This document shows, one piece after another, positions 1 through 11,500 of a DNA stretch of 64,000 nucleotides (positions are counted from its first letter, which is position 1; each line of letters begins with the position of its first letter). The notes under the pieces were generated by a model. The model was not told the DNA's origin, searched no databases, and saw only the letters and a list, made by a program, of their open reading frames with translations. The DNA comes from an uncultured Oscillospiraceae bacterium (GTDB lineage Bacteria; Bacillota; Clostridia; Oscillospirales; Oscillospiraceae): NCBI GenBank assembly GCA_944382995.1, contig CALWOF010000002.1, forward strand, positions 30,944-94,943. Direction: 5' to 3'. The translations under genes and the position numbers were made by a program.

Positions 1-52
1 GCCCACGGCTGAACGCTGTCACCAAGGAATTTACAGAAAGGACTGTTTGCAT

Positions 53-757
53 ATGCGCGGAAAAGACGTCATCATCGCCCTGGACTTCCCCACGAAGGAG
101 GAGACCCTCTCCTTCCTGGACCGGTTCCCCGCCGGGGAGAAGCCCTTTGTGAAGATCGGCATGGAGCTGTTCTACGCCGAGGGGCCCCAGGTGGTCCGGG
201 ACATCAAGGCCCGGGGCCACAAGATCTTCCTGGACCTGAAGCTCCACGACATCCCCAACACGGTGAAGCGGGCCATGTCCGTGCTGAGCCGCCTGGATGT
301 GGACATGGTGAACCTCCACGCCGCCGGCGCCTCCGAGATGATGAAGGCCGCCCTGGAGGGCCTGACCCGGCCGGACGGCACGAGGCCTCTGCTGATCGCC
401 GTCACCCAGCTGACCTCCACCGACGCCGCCGCCCTGAAAAATGAGCTGCTGATCGACACCCCCATGGCGGAGACGGTGCTCTCCTACGCCAAAAACGCCG
501 CCGCCAGCGGCCTGGACGGCGTGGTCTGCTCTCCCCTGGAGGCGGCACTGGTGAAGGAGCGGTGCGGTGAAGGCTTCCTCACTGTCACCCCGGGCATCCG
601 GTTCGCTGACAGTGCCGTGGGAGACCAGAAGCGGATCATGACTCCGGAAAAGGCTGGCAGGTCCGGCTGCGACTACATCGTGGTGGGCCGCCCCATCACC
701 CAGGCCGGGGACCCGGTGGCCGCCTACCGCAGAGCGGTCAAGGACTTTTGGGGCTGA
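53..757 (+). CDS. pyrF: orotidine-5'-phosphate decarboxylase
   Basis: IIALD, KIGMELF and [11 protein letters not shown] motifs; VTPGIR; RBS GAAAGGA upstream of ATG 53. Confidence 0.97.
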   Translation: MRGKDVIIALDFPTKEETLSFLDRFPAGEKPFVKIGMELFYAEGPQVVRDIKARGHKIFLDLKLHDIPNTVKRAMSVLSRLDVDMVNLHAAGASEMMKAALEGLTRPDGTRPLLIAVTQLTSTDAAALKNELLIDTPMAETVLSYAKNAAASGLDGVVCSPLEAALVKERCGEGFLTVTPGIRFADSAVGDQKRIMTPEKAGRSGCDYIVVGRPITQAGDPVAAYRRAVKDFWG

Positions 758-769
758 AGCCCGACCCCC

Positions 770-888
770 AGAGTGGAGTTTGAAGAGTGGAGATTGGAGT
801 TTTGGTGTCCGGCGGGGCCGGACGGATCAAAATCATTCGCCTCCGGCGAATTCCATATCTTCACTCTCAACACTCAACTCTTCACTCT
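770..888. repeat. intergenic structured element: inverted arms of four AGAGTG(G/A)-like heptamers enclosing two 7-bp hairpins
   Basis: left heptamers 770-797, complementary heptamers 861-888, hairpins GTCCGGC/GCCGGAC (807-823) and ATTCGCC/GGCGAAT (835-851). Confidence 0.7.
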
Positions 889-924
889 TATATCGCCAAG
901 CATCATGAAATGGAGGATATCTAT

Positions 925-1566
925 ATGAACCTGGAACGTGAGATCGCCCATGACCTGCTGAGCATCGGCGCGGTATTCCTGCGCCCTGACGAGCCCTTCA
1001 CCTGGGCCAGCGGCATCAAGAGCCCCATCTACTGCGACAACCGCCTGACCCTCACCGCCCCCGCCGTCCGGACGGACGTGGAGAAGGGGCTGGTGGAGCT
1101 GATCCGCGCCCACTACCCGGACGCGGAGGTGCTGATGGGCACCTCCACAGCCGGCATCGCCCACGCCGCCATCGTGGGCCATCTGATGGACCTGCCCATG
1201 GGGTATGTCCGCTCCGGCAACAAGGACCACGGCCGCCAGAACCGGATCGAGGGCAAGCTGGAGAAGGGCCAGAAGGTCGTCGTGGTGGAGGATCTGATCT
1301 CCACCGCCGGCAGCTGCATCGAGGTGGTGGAGGCCCTGCGGGAGGCTGGCGCCCAGGTCCTGGGCATCGTGTCCATCTTCACCTATGGGCTCCAGAAGGG
1401 CCTGGACCGCCTGGCCGCGGCCAACGTCACCAACTGGTCCCTGTCCAACTTCGACGCCGTGTGCGAGGTGGCCGCCCAGGAGGGCAAGATCCGCCCCGAG
1501 GACATCGAGCGGCTGAAAAAGTTCCGGGCCGATCCCAGCGACGAAAGCTGGATCGCCGCGAAGTAA
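925..1566 (+). CDS. pyrE: orotate phosphoribosyltransferase
   Basis: [16 protein letters not shown]; PRPP-binding [12 protein letters not shown]; GGAGG RBS before ATG 925. Confidence 0.97.
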   Translation: MNLEREIAHDLLSIGAVFLRPDEPFTWASGIKSPIYCDNRLTLTAPAVRTDVEKGLVELIRAHYPDAEVLMGTSTAGIAHAAIVGHLMDLPMGYVRSGNKDHGRQNRIEGKLEKGQKVVVVEDLISTAGSCIEVVEALREAGAQVLGIVSIFTYGLQKGLDRLAAANVTNWSLSNFDAVCEVAAQEGKIRPEDIERLKKFRADPSDESWIAAK

Positions 1567-1629
1567 ATCGCTCTGTTTCCGCCGCTCCGGCGGCTGTTCC
1601 TCCCATCCCCCTGCTGAAAGGAGTTCACC

Positions 1630-2550
1630 ATGCCCAGAAATCTCATTGACATCACAGACCTCTCCGTGGAGGAGATCGACCAGCTGATCGCCACCGCGGA
1701 GGACATCATCGCGAACCCCGCCAAGTACCAGGACGCCTGCGCCCACAAGCAGCTGGCCACGCTGTTCTTCGAGCCCTCCACCCGGACCCGTCTCTCCTTC
1801 GAGTCCGCCATGCTGGCTCTGGGCGGCAGCACCCTGGGCTTCTCCGAGGCCAACTCCAGCTCCACCGCCAAGGGCGAGACCGTGGGCGACACCATCCACA
1901 CCGTCAGCTGCTATGCCGACATCATCGCCATGCGCCACCCCAAGGAGGGCGCCCCCTTCGCTGCAGCCCAGTACAGCGAGGTCCCCATCATCAACGCCGG
2001 CGACGGCGGCCACAACCACCCCACCCAGACGCTGACGGACCTGCTGACCATCCACCGGGAGAAGGGCCGTCTGAACAACTTCACCATCGGCTTCTGCGGC
2101 GACCTGAAATTCGGCCGCACCGTCCACTCCCTGGTGAACGCCCTGAGCCGGTACGCCAACATCAACTATGTACTGATCTCCCCCCTGGAGCTCAAGCTCC
2201 CCCGCTATGTGAAGGAGGAGGCCCTGAAGAAGAAGGGCATCCCCTACTCCCAGACCACGGATCTGGAGTCTGTCATCCCGGAGCTGGACATCCTGTATAT
2301 GACCCGTGTCCAGAAGGAGCGGTTCTTCAACGAGGAGGATTATCTGCGTTTGAAGGACAGCTATATCCTGACGCCGGAGAAGCTGGAGCACGCCAAGGCG
2401 GACCTCTCCATCCTCCATCCCCTGCCCCGTGTCAATGAGATCACCGTGGCGGTGGACCGGGATCCCCGGGCCGCCTACTGGAGACAGGTGAAGAACGGCA
2501 AATTCATCCGCATGGCGCTGATCCTGAAGCTGCTGGGCATTCAGGTGTGA
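1630..2550 (+). CDS. pyrB: aspartate carbamoyltransferase catalytic subunit
   Basis: [23 protein letters not shown] motifs. Confidence 0.98.
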   Translation: MPRNLIDITDLSVEEIDQLIATAEDIIANPAKYQDACAHKQLATLFFEPSTRTRLSFESAMLALGGSTLGFSEANSSSTAKGETVGDTIHTVSCYADIIAMRHPKEGAPFAAAQYSEVPIINAGDGGHNHPTQTLTDLLTIHREKGRLNNFTIGFCGDLKFGRTVHSLVNALSRYANINYVLISPLELKLPRYVKEEALKKKGIPYSQTTDLESVIPELDILYMTRVQKERFFNEEDYLRLKDSYILTPEKLEHAKADLSILHPLPRVNEITVAVDRDPRAAYWRQVKNGKFIRMALILKLLGIQV

Positions 2551-2568
2551 AAAGGAGGTCTTGAGTCT

Positions 2569-2994
2569 ATGAATATCGACAGCATCCAAAACGGCGTGGT
2601 CCTGGACCACATCCAGGCCGGCAAGAGCATGGACATCTACCGCTATCTCCATCTGGACCAGCTGGACTGCTCCGTGGCCATCATCAAAAATGTCAAGAGC
2701 GCCAAGATGGGTAAAAAGGACATCATCAAGATCGATTCCCCCATGGAGGTGGATCTGGACGTGCTGGGCTATATCGACCCCAACATCACCGTCAACATCA
2801 TCCGGGACGGCGTTCGGGTGGACAAGAAGCACGTGGAGCTCCCCAAGCGGCTGGTGAACGTCATCCACTGCAAGAACCCCCGGTGCATCACGGTAAGCGA
2901 GCCCCAGCTGGACGCCATCTTCCTCTTGAGCGACCCGGCCACCCGCACCTACCGCTGCGCCTACTGCGAGACCGCCAAGGACAAGAAGCTCTGA
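2569..2994 (+). CDS. pyrI: aspartate carbamoyltransferase regulatory subunit
   Basis: IQNGVVLDHI; Zn ligands CKNPRC...CAYC; directly follows pyrB. Confidence 0.95.
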   Translation: MNIDSIQNGVVLDHIQAGKSMDIYRYLHLDQLDCSVAIIKNVKSAKMGKKDIIKIDSPMEVDLDVLGYIDPNITVNIIRDGVRVDKKHVELPKRLVNVIHCKNPRCITVSEPQLDAIFLLSDPATRTYRCAYCETAKDKKL

Positions 2995-3010
2995 CCACAC
3001 CGGTGCTGAG

Positions 3011-3042
3011 ATCCCGCCGCCCCTCCGGGCGGCGGGATTTTT
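3011..3042 (+). terminator. intrinsic terminator of pyr operon
   Basis: ATCCCGCCGCCC-ctcc-GGGCGGCGGGAT followed by T run. Confidence 0.85.
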
Positions 3043-3108
3043 GTTCATGTATACGAAATTTCGGACTTCCCGCCTCCGAATTTATATCTCTCGCCTCATT
3101 TCTGAGGG

Positions 3109-3137
3109 TTGACTTTCCGGCCGGATGCCACTAAAAT
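3109..3137 (+). promoter_or_regulatory. sigma-A promoter of leader peptide-liv operon
   Basis: TTGACT-17 nt-TAAAAT. Confidence 0.75.
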
Positions 3138-3183
3138 GGGAACAACATCAAACCGCACACAGCGGAGAGAGGAGCAGTACACC

Positions 3184-3465
3184 ATGGCCAGCTTCCGTAT
3201 GAATCGCAGCTTCATGATGACCCGTGGTGCGTCCGCCGATCACGCGGCGTCTGCTTCTCATGCCCGCAGTGCCATGATGTCCTGCACCTCTATGACCAAT
3301 ATCGCCCTGATCCTGGACGCCGCTCTGCTGGCGTCCATTATTATTTGCGGCCTGGTCATCATTTCCATTCTGGTATCCGTGCTGGTATCCCTGATTTCCC
3401 TGTTGGTCCTGGTACTGCTGGTATCGGAATATGTTCATACGTCAAGATCGCGGCAAGGTGCATAA
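3184..3465 (+). CDS. putative Ile/Leu/Val-rich leader (attenuator) peptide, 93 aa
   Basis: AGGAG RBS; no I/L/V in residues 1-39 and 29 I/L/V in residues 40-80; followed by a terminator and the liv operon. Confidence 0.65.
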   Translation: MASFRMNRSFMMTRGASADHAASASHARSAMMSCTSMTNIALILDAALLASIIICGLVIISILVSVLVSLISLLVLVLLVSEYVHTSRSRQGA

Positions 3466-3479
3466 CTGTTTGACACAGG

Positions 3480-3513
3480 AAAGCGGCTCCGCATCTGGCG
3501 GGGCCGCTTTTTT
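3480..3513 (+). terminator. leader terminator (putative attenuator) upstream of livK
   Basis: AAAGCGGCTCCGC-atctg-GCGGGGCCGCTTT plus TTT. Confidence 0.75.
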
Positions 3514-3545
3514 GTATAATCTATCTGCGAAAAGGAGATCACAAG

Positions 3546-4736
3546 ATGAAAAAGAAGTTTTTTGCCCTCATGATGGCCATGGTCATGGCCCTCGGCCTTG
3601 CCGCCTGCGGCGGGAACGACACGTCCACCACGGATGACGGCGGCTCTGACTCCACCGAGTCCACCGGTACCGCCTTCAAAATCGGCGTCATCGGCCCCAT
3701 GACCGGCGGCGCTGCCATCTACGGCACCTGTGTGGCCAATTCCGCCCAGATCGCCGTGGACGAGATCAACGCCCTGGGCGGCGACATCCAGTTCGAGCTG
3801 CTGGCCCCCGCCGACGACGTCAATGACGCCGAGACCTCCGTCAACGCCTACAACAACCTGATGGATCAGGGCATGCAGATCCTGGTGGGCACCGTCACCA
3901 CCCAGCCCGGCCTGTCCGTGTTCCCCCTGACCAACGATGACCGGGTGTTCACCATCACCCCCTCCGCCTCCGGCGACGACTGCATCGAGAACAATGACAC
4001 CGTATTCCAGATCTGCTTCACCGACTCCAACCAGGGCTCCCGCTCCGCCCAGTATATCAATGAGCACTTCCCGGACGCCAAGATCGGCATCATCTACAAG
4101 AACGACGAGCAGTATTCCATCGGCATCCGGAACAACTTCGTCGCCGAGGCTGAGACCCGGGGCATGGACATCGTCTATGAGGGCACCTTCGCCGAGGCCA
4201 ACCAGACCGACTTCAACGTGCAGCTGACCGCCGCCCAGTCCGCCGGCGCCGACCTGCTGTTCCTGCCCATCTACTACACCCCCGCCTCCGCCATTCTGAC
4301 CCAGGCCAACGCCATGGGCTATGCCCCCACCTTCTTCGGCGTGGACGGCATGGACGGCATCCTGACCGCCGACAACTTCGACGCCTCCCTGGCCGAGGGC
4401 GTGTACCTGCTGACCCCCTTCTCCGCCGATGCGGAAGACGAGCTGACCCAGAACTTCGTCTCCAAGTATCAGGAGGCCTACGGCGAGATCCCCAACCAGT
4501 TCGGTGCGGACGCCTATGACGCCATCTACACCCTGTATCAGGCCATCCAGGCCGCCGGCGTCACCGCCGACATGGCCACCGAGGACATCTGCGACGCCCT
4601 GATTGAGGTCATGCCCACCATCTCCGTCACCGGCCTGACCAGCGCCGGCTCCGAGATGACCTGGGACGAGAACGGCGCCGTCAGCAAGGACCCCACCGCC
4701 GTCATCATCGAGAACGGCACCTACGTCACTCCCTGA
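3546..4736 (+). CDS. livK: branched-chain amino acid ABC transporter substrate-binding lipoprotein
   Basis: lipobox LAAC; KIGVIGPMTGGAAIYG; AVDEINALGG; operon context. Confidence 0.9.
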   Translation: MKKKFFALMMAMVMALGLAACGGNDTSTTDDGGSDSTESTGTAFKIGVIGPMTGGAAIYGTCVANSAQIAVDEINALGGDIQFELLAPADDVNDAETSVNAYNNLMDQGMQILVGTVTTQPGLSVFPLTNDDRVFTITPSASGDDCIENNDTVFQICFTDSNQGSRSAQYINEHFPDAKIGIIYKNDEQYSIGIRNNFVAEAETRGMDIVYEGTFAEANQTDFNVQLTAAQSAGADLLFLPIYYTPASAILTQANAMGYAPTFFGVDGMDGILTADNFDASLAEGVYLLTPFSADAEDELTQNFVSKYQEAYGEIPNQFGADAYDAIYTLYQAIQAAGVTADMATEDICDALIEVMPTISVTGLTSAGSEMTWDENGAVSKDPTAVIIENGTYVTP

Positions 4737-4892
4737 CGCAGAGAAACCTGCGCTTCACTGAAATAGAGGACAGGGAACGGCTGCCGGCCCTCCGGCAGCC
4801 CTCCCTGGGCTTCTATGGTGGAAACCGACGCGGAGAAACCTTGCGCCGCTTCGGTTTCTGCCATAGAAGGGAAAAGAGAGGAACAATCGCTT

Positions 4893-5813
4893 ATGGAATT
4901 TCTATCCTATCTGATCACCGGTATCAGTCTGGGCAGCATTTACGCCATCATCGCTCTGGGGTACACCATGGTCTACGGCATCGCCAAGATGCTGAACTTC
5001 GCCCACGGCGATGTCATCATGGTGGGCGGCTATGTGTCCTTTTACGTGACCATCTTCGCCGGCAACAACCTGCTGGGAGAGGACCCCTCCGCCCTGGCCA
5101 CGGGAGCGGTGGCCCTGGTCTCCGTGCTGCTGGCCATGGCAGTCTGCACCGTGCTGGGTGTGGTGATTGAAGGACTGGCCTACCGCCCCCTGCGCCAGGC
5201 CGGATCCCTGGCGGTTCTGATCACCGCCATCGGCGTCAGCTACTTCCTGCAGAACGCGGCCCAGCTGCTGTTCGGCGCCAACCCCAAGAACTTCACCCCC
5301 ATCGTCAGCGGCCAGCTGACCCTGTTCGGCGGCCAGCTGCGGATCTCCTATGTGGCGCTGCTGACCATCGTGGCCTGCGTGGTCATCATGCTGGGCCTTA
5401 CCGCCTTCACCGGGAAGAGCAGAATGGGCAAGGCCATGCGGGCCTGCTCCGAGGACCGGGGCGCCGCCCAGCTGATGGGCATCAACGTCAACGCCACCAT
5501 CTCCATGACCTTCGCCATCGGCTCTGCTCTGGCGGCCGTCGCCGGGGTGCTGCTGTGCTCCTACTCTCCGGTGCTCCAGCCCACCACCGGCTCCATGCCC
5601 GGCATCAAGGCCTTTACCGCCGCCGTGTTCGGCGGCATCGGCTCCATTCCCGGCGCCTTCCTGGGCGGCCTGCTGCTGGGCATTATCGAGGCGCTGGCCC
5701 AGGCCTACATCTCCACCCAGCTGTCCAACTCCATCCTGTTCGCCGTGCTGATCGTGGTGCTGCTGGTCAAGCCCTCGGGTCTTTTGGGCAAGTATGTACC
5801 CGAGAAAGTGTGA
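4893..5813 (+). CDS. livH: BCAA ABC transporter permease
   Basis: GSIYAIIALGYTMVYGIAKMLNFAHG; AAVFGGIGSIPG. Confidence 0.93.
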   Translation: MEFLSYLITGISLGSIYAIIALGYTMVYGIAKMLNFAHGDVIMVGGYVSFYVTIFAGNNLLGEDPSALATGAVALVSVLLAMAVCTVLGVVIEGLAYRPLRQAGSLAVLITAIGVSYFLQNAAQLLFGANPKNFTPIVSGQLTLFGGQLRISYVALLTIVACVVIMLGLTAFTGKSRMGKAMRACSEDRGAAQLMGINVNATISMTFAIGSALAAVAGVLLCSYSPVLQPTTGSMPGIKAFTAAVFGGIGSIPGAFLGGLLLGIIEALAQAYISTQLSNSILFAVLIVVLLVKPSGLLGKYVPEKV

Positions 5814-5822
5814 GGTGGCCGT

Positions 5823-6891
5823 ATGAGAAGCTATCTGAAAAACATGAAAACCATCACGAAGGTGGACTACGCCACGTACCTGGGTGTGATCCTGGCCTTC
5901 ATCGTGGTGACTATCTGCCAGTCCCAGGGGCTGGTGAACCGCTCGGTGAGCGGCATGCTGGTGCCCATCTGCTGCTATGTGTGCATGTCCATCTCCCTGA
6001 ACCTGACCGTGGGCATCCTGGGCGAGCTGAGTCTGGGCCATGCGGGCTTCATGAGCGTGGGCGCCTTCTCCGGCATCATCGCCTCCATGAGCCTGCAGAG
6101 TTCCATCTCCAGTGAGCTGGGCCGTATGGTCATCGCCCTGGTGGTGGGTGCCGTGTTCGCCGCCATCGTGGGCTTTATCGTGGGCATCCCGGTGCTGCGG
6201 CTCCGGGGCGACTATCTGGCCATCGTCACCCTGGCCTTCGGCGAGATCATCAAGGACCTGATCAACTGCCTGCTGGTGGGCTGGGACGAAAATGGCCTGC
6301 ACATCGCCCTGAACGTGGACGGCACCAAGAGCATGTCCACGCTGGGCCTCAGCGAAAACGGCATTGAGATCATCAAGGGCGCTCAGGGCGCAACCGGAAA
6401 CGACCGGATCGCCACCTTCACCATGGGTTTTGTGCTGGTGATGATCACCCTGATCGTGGTGCTGAACCTGGTCCGCAGCCGGACCGGCCGGGCCATCATG
6501 GCCATTCGGGACAACCGGATCGCCGCCGAGAGCGTGGGCATCAACGTCACCAAGTACAAGCTGATCGCCTTCGTCACCTCCGCCGCCCTGGCAGGTTCCG
6601 CCGGCGCCCTGTTCGGCCTGAATTACTCCAATGTCACTGCCATTCAGTTCGACTTCAACACCTCGATCCTGGTGCTGGTGTACGTGGTGCTGGGCGGCCT
6701 GGGCAACATCTGGGGCTCCATCATCGCGACGGTGATCCTGTACGTCCTGCCGGAGGCCCTGCGGCAGTTCTCCGACTATCGGATGCTGGTGTACGCCATC
6801 GTGCTGATCCTGGTGATGCTGGCCACCAACAACCCGCAGGTGCGGGCGCTGCTGGGCCGCGTCATTCCCAAGAGAAAGGGGGCTGCTCTGG

Positions 6892-6899
<8 letters not shown>
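5823..6899 (+). CDS. livM: BCAA ABC transporter permease
   Basis: LSLGHAGF; LRLRGDYLAIVTLAFGEI; VVLGGLG. Confidence 0.93.
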
Positions 6900-7740
<841 letters not shown>

Positions 7741-7742
7741 GT

Positions 7743-8453
7743 ATGGGACCGATCCTGAAAGTCGACAATATCAATGTGTACTACGGCGCCATCCACGCCA
7801 TCAAGGGCATCTCCTTTGAGGTGAATGCCGGGGAGATCGTGACGCTGATCGGCGCCAACGGCGCCGGAAAGTCCACCACCCTGCAGACCGTCTCCGGCCT
7901 GCTCCACTCCCGCACCGGCTCCATCGAGTTTCTGGGGGAGAGCCTGATGGGCATCCCCGCCCACAAGGTCGTATCCAAGGGTCTTGCCCAGGTACCGGAG
8001 GGCCGCCGGGTCTTCCTCCAGATGACGGTGGAGGAAAATCTGGAGATGGGCGCCTACACCCGCTCCGGCAGCGGCATCGACGCCGATCTGGAGAAGGTCT
8101 ATACCTACTTCCCCCGGCTGATGGAGCGGCGGCGGCAGATCGCCGGCACCCTCTCCGGCGGTGAGCAGCAGATGCTGGCCATGGGCCGGGCGCTGATGAG
8201 CCGTCCCAAGCTGCTGATGCTGGATGAGCCCTCCATGGGCCTGGCTCCCATCCTGGTGGAGCAGATCTTTGAAATCATCCGCACCCTCCACCGGGCGGGC
8301 ACCACCATCCTGCTGGTGGAGCAGAACGCCCAGGCGGCACTGGCTATCGCCGACCGGGGCTATGTGCTGGAGACCGGCAAGATCGTCACTGCCGGCACCG
8401 GAGCAGAGCTGCTGGCCTCCCCGGAAATCAAGAAGGCATATCTCGGCGGCTGA
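7743..8453 (+). CDS. livF: BCAA ABC transporter ATP-binding protein
   Basis: GANGAGKST; VPEGRRVF; LSGGEQQMLA; DEPSMGLAP. Confidence 0.93.
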   Translation: MGPILKVDNINVYYGAIHAIKGISFEVNAGEIVTLIGANGAGKSTTLQTVSGLLHSRTGSIEFLGESLMGIPAHKVVSKGLAQVPEGRRVFLQMTVEENLEMGAYTRSGSGIDADLEKVYTYFPRLMERRRQIAGTLSGGEQQMLAMGRALMSRPKLLMLDEPSMGLAPILVEQIFEIIRTLHRAGTTILLVEQNAQAALAIADRGYVLETGKIVTAGTGAELLASPEIKKAYLGG

Positions 8454-8524
8454 TCCCGCCTGGAAGGGGAGGGCGGCCGCCCTCCCTTTCCCCGCCCATT
8501 TCCCGCAGGAAAACAGGCCCGCAG

Positions 8525-8560
8525 AAAAAGCCCGGCTCCTCGAATGGAGCCGGGCTTCTT
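8525..8560. terminator. bidirectional terminator between livF and PFOR
   Basis: AAAAAGCCCGGCTCC-tcgaat-GGAGCCGGGCTTCTT between convergent genes. Confidence 0.7.
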
Positions 8561-8595
8561 GTTCGGTCTCTCAGGCGGGCAACTGCATCGAGCGC

Positions 8596-11500
8596 TCACT
8601 TTTCCGCCAAATTCCGGTAGCTCTCGTACCGCTCTCTGGCGTCGCTGGCGGCTTTTTCGTACAGCTCCCTGGCCTTCTCCGGGAAGGAGAGCTTCAGGGA
8701 GGCATAGCGGTTCTCCCCCAGCAGGAACTGCTGGAAGTCGCCGGTGGGGGCCTTGGAGTCCAGGGTGAAGGGGTTCTTCCCCTCCGCCTTCAGCCGGGGA
8801 TCGTAGCGGTACAGATGCCAGTAGCCGCACTCCACCGCCTTCTTCTCCTCCAGCTGGCTCAGGCCCATGCTGGCCTTCATGCCGTGCTCGATGCAGGGGC
8901 AGTAGCAGATCACGATGGACGGGCCGTTGTAGGACTCCGCCTCCCGGATGGCCCGCAGGGTCTGGGCCGGGTCCGCCCCCATGGCCACCTGGGCCACGTA
9001 CACGTAGCCGTAGCTCATGGCCATCAGCCCCAGGTCCTTCTTCTTCGTCACCTTGCCGCCGGCGGAGAACTTGGCGATGGCGCCCGCCGCCGTAGCCTTG
9101 GAGGACTGGCCGCCGGTGTTGGAGTACACCTCCGTGTCCAGCACCAGCACGTTGATGTCCCTGCCGGAGGCCAGCACGTGGTCCAGACCGCCGTAGCCGA
9201 TGTCGTAGGCCCAGCCGTCGCCGCCGAAGGCCCACACGCTCTTCTTGGTGAGGTACTCCCGGTTCTGGCGGATGAAGACCGCCGCGTCGCTGGGGTCGTC
9301 TTCAATGGCGGCCAGCAGCGCGTCGCTGACCTGGCGGGAGAACGCCGGATCATCTCTCTTCTCCAGATACGCATAGCACGCGTCCACGGCGATGCCGCTC
9401 TCGGCCAGAGCCTGCACGTGCTCCGTCAGCTGCCGCTTCACAGCGTCCTGGCCCAGCAGGTAGCCGTAGGCGTACTCGGCGTTGTCCTCGAACAGGCTCA
9501 TGGCCCAGGCAGGGCCGAAGCCTCTCTTGTCCGTGCAGTAGGGGGAGGACGGGGTGGACCCGCCGTAGGCGGAGGAGCACCCGGAGGCGTTGGTGATGTA
9601 CATCCGGTCTCCGAACAGCTGGGTCACCAGCTTGATGTAGGGCGTCTCGCCGCAGCCGGCGCAGGCGCCGGAGAACTCGAAGTAGGGCTTGGCGAACTGG
9701 GAGGCCTTCACATTCTTGTCGCTGACGGCGTCGCCCTTGATCTCCACCGTCTCCACGCCATAGGTCCAGTTCTCCGCCTCTTTCAGCTGGCTCTCCAGAG
9801 GCCGCATGGTCAGGGCTGTCTCCTTGGCCAGGCACACATTCACGCAGCTGCCGCAGCCGGTGCAGTCGTAGGGGGAGACCTGGATGCGGTAGGTGTACTT
9901 CCCGTTCATGCCTCTTGCGGGCACCGTCTCGAAGCCCGCAGGCTTGCCCGCCTCCTCCTTCTCGTCCAGCAGGATGGGCCGGATGGCGGCGTGGGGACAC
10001 ACCAGAGAGCACTGGTTGCACTGGATGCACTTGGCGGCGTCCCACTCCGGGACCTCCACCGCTGCGCCCCGCTTCTCATACTTGGAGGTGCCCGCCGGCC
10101 AGGTGCCGTCCTCCAGGCCGTACCTGACCATGGTGGACACCGGCAGCACGTCGCCCTCCTGGCGGTTCATCACCGCCACCACATCCTGGATGAAGGCGGG
10201 ATCCGTGCTGTCCGCCGGCTCATCCTGGGCGTTCAGCCAGCTCTCCGGGATCTTTACCTCGTGAAGCTCGTTGATCCCGTGGTCGATGGAGGCGTTGTTC
10301 ATGTCTACCACCGCCTGGCCCTTCTTCTTGTAGTAGGTCTTGTAGATGGCGTCCTTCATCTCGGCGACGGCCTGCTCCATGGGGATGACCCCGCTGAGGG
10401 TGAAGAAGGAGGCCTGCAGGATCGTGTTGGTCCGGTTCCCCAGTCCCAGCCTCCGGGCGATGGCGATGGCGTCGATGGTGTAGAGCCGGGCGTGCTTTTC
10501 CGCCAGAGCCCGCTTCATGGAGGCGGGCAGATTCTGCTCCAGACCCGCCTCGTCCCAGGAGCAGTTGAGGAGGAAGGTGCCCCCCTCCTTCAGATTCTTC
10601 ACCATGTCGTACTTGTGGACATAGGAGGGGGTGTGGCAGGCCACAAAGTCCGCCGCCGGGATCAGGTACGGAGAGCGGATGGGGGCCTTGCCGAACCGCA
10701 GGTGGCTCTGGGTCAGGCCGCCGGACTTCTTGGAGTCATAGACGAAGTAGGCCTGGCAGTACAGGTCCGTGGCGTGGCCGATGATCTTGATGGAGTTCTT
10801 GTTGGCGCCCACGGTGCCGTCGGAGCCCATGCCCCAGAACTCCGCGCTGGTCTGGCCTGTGGGGGCGGTGTCGATCTCCGCCGGGACAGGCAGAGAGGTG
10901 TTCGTCACATCGTCCACGATGCCCACGGTGAAGTTGTGCTTGGGCGTTTCCGCTTTCAGGTTTTTGAACACCGCCAGGAGCTGGGCCGGCGTGGTGTCCT
11001 TGGAGGAGAGGCCGTACCGGCCGCCCACGATGGTCATGGGGATACCGCTGCTTTGATACACGGTGCACACGTCCTGGTACAGGGGCTCGCCCATGGCGCC
11101 GGGCTCCTTGGTCCGGTCCAGCACCGCGATCTTCCGGCAGGTCTGGGGGATGGCGGAGAGCAGATGCTCCGCGGAGAAGGGCCGGTACAGGTGGACGTTG
11201 ACAAGACCCACCTTCTCGCCCTTGGCAGTCAGGTAGTCCACCGCCTCCTTGGCGGTCTCGGCGGCGGAGCCCATCAGGATGATGACCCGCTCCGCGTCCG
11301 GGGCCCCGTAGTACTCAAAGAGCCGGTAGTTCCGGCCGGTGAGCCGGTTGATCTCCTGCATGTAGTGCTCCACCGCGTCGGGGATGGAGGCGAACTTCCC
11401 GTTGCAGGCCTCCCGGCACTGGAAGAAGATGTCCGGGTTCACCGTGGTGCCCCGGGTGGCCGGGTGCTCCGGGTTCAGGGAGTGGGCCCGGAAGGCCTTC

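Noticed and set aside
2569-2994. pyrI in a Firmicute
   Set aside because: Absent from Bacillus but common in Clostridia; not novel.
3470-3520. TTGACA and TATAAT before livK as a promoter
   Set aside because: The hexamers are 39 nt apart with the terminator hairpin between them; spacing is incompatible with sigma-A.
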